A DNA stretch of 64,000 nt from Thermoanaerobaculia bacterium (GTDB taxonomy: Bacteria > Acidobacteriota > Thermoanaerobaculia > Multivoradales > Multivoraceae): positions 672,001-736,000 of the forward strand of contig OY762911.1 in the NCBI GenBank assembly GCA_963666565.1, in the 5' to 3' direction. Within the stretch, counting starts at the first letter, position 1. Every line of letters starts with the position of its first letter. Below are positions 60,811 through 64,000 of the stretch, piece by piece. The translations under genes were made by a program, and so were the position numbers. The notes under the pieces were generated by a model. That model saw only the letters and a program-made list of their open reading frames with translations. It did no database searches and was not told where the DNA came from.

Positions 60811-62013
60811 CTACTCGACGGGGAACGGGTTCTCCGGCACCAGCTCCACGCCCGTGCTGGGCGAGGCCGAGGGGCACATGATCGTGAAGCTCGCGCTTCC
60901 GACCTTGTTGGTGTCCGCGTTCCGCTCGATGGAGGGCACGACCTGGTCGGCGCCGGTCTCACCAGCCGGCATGTTCGCGGTGAGGGTGACCGTGGTGGCG
61001 TAGCTGGCCGTCTTGCTGCACACGGCCGAGTCGGCCTTGACGGTGACCGTCGCTGCGCCGGCAGCCTGGGTCCAGGAGACGCCGCGAGCGTCACCGGCAC
61101 CGTCGCCATCGACGGAGACGTCGGCGCCGGTGCCCGGACCGCCGGTGCTCACGTTCACCGCGTAGGTGACGTTCGAGTAGCGGGCGCCAGCCCTGGCAGC
61201 CGTCAGTCCCAGTCCCGGCTGTCCGCGGAGCGCGGTGACGCCATGGTTGTCGGTCGAGTGGGACGCCACGTAGTGACCGCTCCCGTTGCCCCAAAGGTCG
61301 GCGACGAGGACGACCTCACCCGAACCGGCGGGCCGGCTGATGCTGCCCTTGTCGGCGATCTGCACGGTCGCCCCGGTGATCCCGTTCGTGCTCGTCATCA
61401 GGACCATCGTCTTGCCGTCTCCCAGCGCGCACTCGGTCTGGATCGGCTTGGCCTCCGACGCGCTCGTGCCGGAGCCCGAGAAGCCGCACTTCCTGGTCGG
61501 CGCCGTCGGCGGCTCCGGCAGGATGTTCGGCAGGATGCCGACGCGGCCGCTGGCCGTCTCCTTCAAGTAGACGGCCCCGCTGCCCTTCGTCATCGTCACG
61601 CCGCTGCCGGCGCTCGCGATGTCCGTCGTGGCGTTCTTGAGGACGTCCTTGGCGACAAGACCGCCAACCGCCGAGTTCATGTCGTCGGTGATCCAGTACC
61701 AGCCGCCGTCCATGACGGGACCGATCTGGAAGGAACCGTCGTCCGAGCTGCAGGCCAGGCCGTTGTCCATGGTGAACAGGGCCGCGACCATGCCGTCGTC
61801 GTCGGCCGTGAGGTCGCCCGAGCGGGTGACGCCGCCGCAAGAGGCGACCCAGGTCACCTTTTCGGCGCCGTCGGCCGTCGCGACCAGACCGCCCTCGCCC
61901 ATGTAGACCGACACGTCGTGCGTGCAGTCCTCGCAAGAGACGATCTGACCGAAGGCCATCGCAGGAATCGCGCAGAGAACCAGCGCGATCGTGATGTGCT
62001 TCATCAGCTTCAT
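60811..62013 (-). CDS. Secreted GGWYW / LVPENPF-tail family protein (probable major member)
   Basis: AAGGAG RBS, signal peptide AMAFG|Q, CEDC, GGWYWI, TIMCP..LVPENPFPVE; Thr/Gly/Ala/Ser-rich. Confidence 0.85.
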   Translation of the reverse strand: MKLMKHITIALVLCAIPAMAFGQIVSCEDCTHDVSVYMGEGGLVATADGAEKVTWVASCGGVTRSGDLTADDDGMVAALFTMDNGLACSSDDGSFQIGPVMDGGWYWITDDMNSAVGGLVAKDVLKNATTDIASAGSGVTMTKGSGAVYLKETASGRVGILPNILPEPPTAPTRKCGFSGSGTSASEAKPIQTECALGDGKTMVLMTSTNGITGATVQIADKGSISRPAGSGEVVLVADLWGNGSGHYVASHSTDNHGVTALRGQPGLGLTAARAGARYSNVTYAVNVSTGGPGTGADVSVDGDGAGDARGVSWTQAAGAATVTVKADSAVCSKTASYATTVTLTANMPAGETGADQVVPSIERNADTNKVGSASFTIMCPSASPSTGVELVPENPFPVE

Positions 62014-62383
62014 CAGTTTGTTTTCTCCTTGAGCGGCTTGCGCCGCCGTTCGTTTCGGGCCGGCTGTCCAAAGCCGGACCCAAGGTTGTTCGATCCGAAG
62101 ATCGGGCCCCGGCGGTGCGGACTGTCCGCGTTGCCGAAGCCGCTGACGTTTTCTCACTGGACGGCCGGATTCACGCTCAACCGAGCTACCTGCCGCCACC
62201 CAAGCTGATGCTGCACATCACCTCCCGCTGAAAGACTTCAAGGCCGTCTGTCCAAAGACGTGGGGTGAACCCTAGCCGAAACGGCGGTTCAGATCCAGTG
62301 GCGCCAAGACGCGAGAAGCGCGGGGCGCCGGCGGACCGGGAAACGACGTTCCATGTCGGTACGAGTTCCTCCCGAAGGGGCAC

Positions 62384-62412
62384 ACTATAGGGCCTTCGAG
62401 GGGATTCGTCAA
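62384..62412 (-). promoter_or_regulatory. Sigma-70-type promoter
   Basis: Minus strand TTGACG-17 nt-TATAGT, about 370 nt upstream of the 62013 start. Confidence 0.7.
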
Positions 62413-62487
62413 GGGGTAGGGGTGTCGGAGTCAAATTGCTGAGGACATTGGGGTTACGCCCGGCGGCGGCGCACTGGGCGCGCGCCG

Positions 62488-62537
62488 GGTGCGCGGGTCT
62501 TCCGACCCGCATGGGGTGCGCGGGTCTTCCGACCCGC
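62488..62537. repeat. Tandem REP pair
   Basis: GGGTGCGCGGGTCTTCCGACCCGC x2. Confidence 0.85.
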
Positions 62538-62566
62538 ATCCGGGCCCGCCGTCGAACCGCCACGTC

Positions 62567-63820
62567 TCAGGGCGGCGCCTCCCAGTCGACGGCTTCGGGG
62601 TTCTCCTCGCCCGGGGCGGGCGGCGCCGCGGCTACCCGCCGCTCTTCCAGGGCCGGCGCCAGGGTGCGGCCGGCGGTTCCGAGCCGGTAGGCGGTCCCCG
62701 TCGCTTCCAGGCGGCGCGCGGCGGAGAAGTGGACCATCTCGCCGGCGGCGACCGGCTGGCCGTCCGCGCCCCGCTCGCCGACGGGCCTGTCGTGCCGGCC
62801 CATCAGCCGGTAGACGGCCGACATCGAGCGGCCCATCTCGCCGAGACCATCCGGCGCCAGGCCGCGCGCTGCGTCGGAGCGGAGCGCCAAGCCGGCGGCG
62901 TGGGCGCGGGTCCACATCCAGAGCAGGGAACCGTCCGAGAGGCCGGCGTTGCGAACGCCGCCGCCCACGTCGCTGTGAACGCCGGGGAACCAGAGCTGCT
63001 CGACGTTCTGGCCGGGCGCGGGCCGGGCCGTCCACAGGGTCGGCGCGAACGGCTGGCGGCCCTCGTCCACCGCCACCGCGTGGCAGGCGTTGCGGATGTG
63101 GCGGCCCAGCCGCACGTCGTGGAAGCGGTGCCGGCGAGCGCCAACCCAGTTCAGCCAGCCGATGGGCACGCCGAGCGCGCCGACGGTGTCCCAGACGCCG
63201 ACGAAGTGGACCCCGCGGCGGGACCAGGGCGCGGCCGCGGCGGCGTGAGCATCGGGCGCCGCCGGAGCGGCATGGGCGCCGGGCGAGGCCGCGGCCGCCG
63301 GGGTGGCGGGGAGGTCCGGCGACGCCGGGGCCGCCGGAGCGGCCGGAGCCGCGAAGGTCTCCAGGTGGCGCGCCGCGCGTTCGTCGCGGGCTGGGCCGGG
63401 GCGCAGGCGGTAGATGGCCATGCCGCGCAGGGCGACGTCGGCGATGGCGAGGCCGGCGGCGGCGCAACGGTCCGGGTCGGGCACGCCGCAAAGGCCGACC
63501 AGCCCGGCCAGGCTGCGCGCGGTGTAGGCGCCCCGGCTGTAGCCGAAGAAGAACAGCCGGTCGCCCGGACCGTAGTTCGTGCTCAGCCAGACGTAGGCCA
63601 GTTCCACGTTCCGGGCCAGGCCGAGGCCCAGCACCCCGCCCCGCACGCGGTCGAACCGGCCCGTGCCTACGCCGCGGTCGTAGTACCTGAGCTGTTCCGT
63701 GCCCGAGGCCGTGAACGGCGGCAGCGCCCGGCGGGTCTTGACCACGTTCGTGGCCGACGACCCGTCGTCGCTGTTCCAGGTGCCGTCGAAGCAGAGGGCG
63801 ATGTTGCGGGGCGGGGGCAA
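62567..63820 (-). CDS. DUF2235 (Tle1-like) alpha/beta hydrolase
   Basis: CFDGTWN, TNV, YYDRGVGT, FGYSRGAYTAR, GVWDTVGALG, HAVAVDE, WFPGVHSDVGGG. Confidence 0.9.
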   Translation of the reverse strand: MPPPRNIALCFDGTWNSDDGSSATNVVKTRRALPPFTASGTEQLRYYDRGVGTGRFDRVRGGVLGLGLARNVELAYVWLSTNYGPGDRLFFFGYSRGAYTARSLAGLVGLCGVPDPDRCAAAGLAIADVALRGMAIYRLRPGPARDERAARHLETFAAPAAPAAPASPDLPATPAAAASPGAHAAPAAPDAHAAAAAPWSRRGVHFVGVWDTVGALGVPIGWLNWVGARRHRFHDVRLGRHIRNACHAVAVDEGRQPFAPTLWTARPAPGQNVEQLWFPGVHSDVGGGVRNAGLSDGSLLWMWTRAHAAGLALRSDAARGLAPDGLGEMGRSMSAVYRLMGRHDRPVGERGADGQPVAAGEMVHFSAARRLEATGTAYRLGTAGRTLAPALEERRVAAAPPAPGEENPEAVDWEAPP

Positions 63821-64000
63821 GGGAACGTGCGCGGGGGCGAGGCTGCCAACCGCCTCCAGCGGCGAAGCCTGGCCTCCTCGCGCCGGTAGAGCTTCTCCTC
63901 CGTGTTCAGGCGAAGGCGCGAGGGCGGCCCGCCAGATCCAGCGCCGCAGATTCGCGAGGATCGGCCGTCGGATAGTCGGGGCTCGAAGGGTTCAGGAAGG

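Noticed and set aside
59716-61620. Diversity-generating retroelement TR/VR pair
   Set aside because: No reverse transcriptase in the window; both copies are coding and the differences are not confined to adenines.
63821-64000. Possible partial CDS at the window end
   Set aside because: Too short to assign frame or function with confidence.

Overview
Very GC-rich bacterial chromosome segment; the GWxTD/VWA proteins suggest Acidobacteriota (inference). The backbone is housekeeping and envelope genes: holB, tmk, moeA, tRNA-Sec, tRNA-Ala, ComF-family gene, hydA plus beta-ureidopropionase, an NtrC-type two-component system, prfA-prmC, a lytic transglycosylase, rsmI, iscS-mnmA, maf, apgM, a macro-domain gene, GT2 and Wzm. 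Roughly 40 copies of a REP-like palindrome (GGGTGCGCGGGTCTTCYGACCCGC) are scattered through it, several translated in frame inside genes. There are three complete IS elements. An ISL3 with an 8-bp TSD splits a secreted-protein gene. An ISNCY-type element has a 6-bp TSD. An IS1111-type IS110 element sits inside a REP; its non-coding end carries segments matching both halves of the REP target and the donor junction, consistent with a bridge/seek RNA programmed against the host repeat. Other candidate uncharacterised systems: a translationally coupled HEPN / KGGVGR-ParA-like / P-loop ATPase triad; a four-member secreted protein family (GGWYW motif, C-terminal LVP(E/G)NPF tail) downstream of a near-consensus promoter and a ~360-nt structured leader; an AsnB-like / radical SAM / flavin halogenase cluster; and variable-heptad coiled-coil paralogues. 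All calls come from reading the sequence and recalled motifs; no searches were run.
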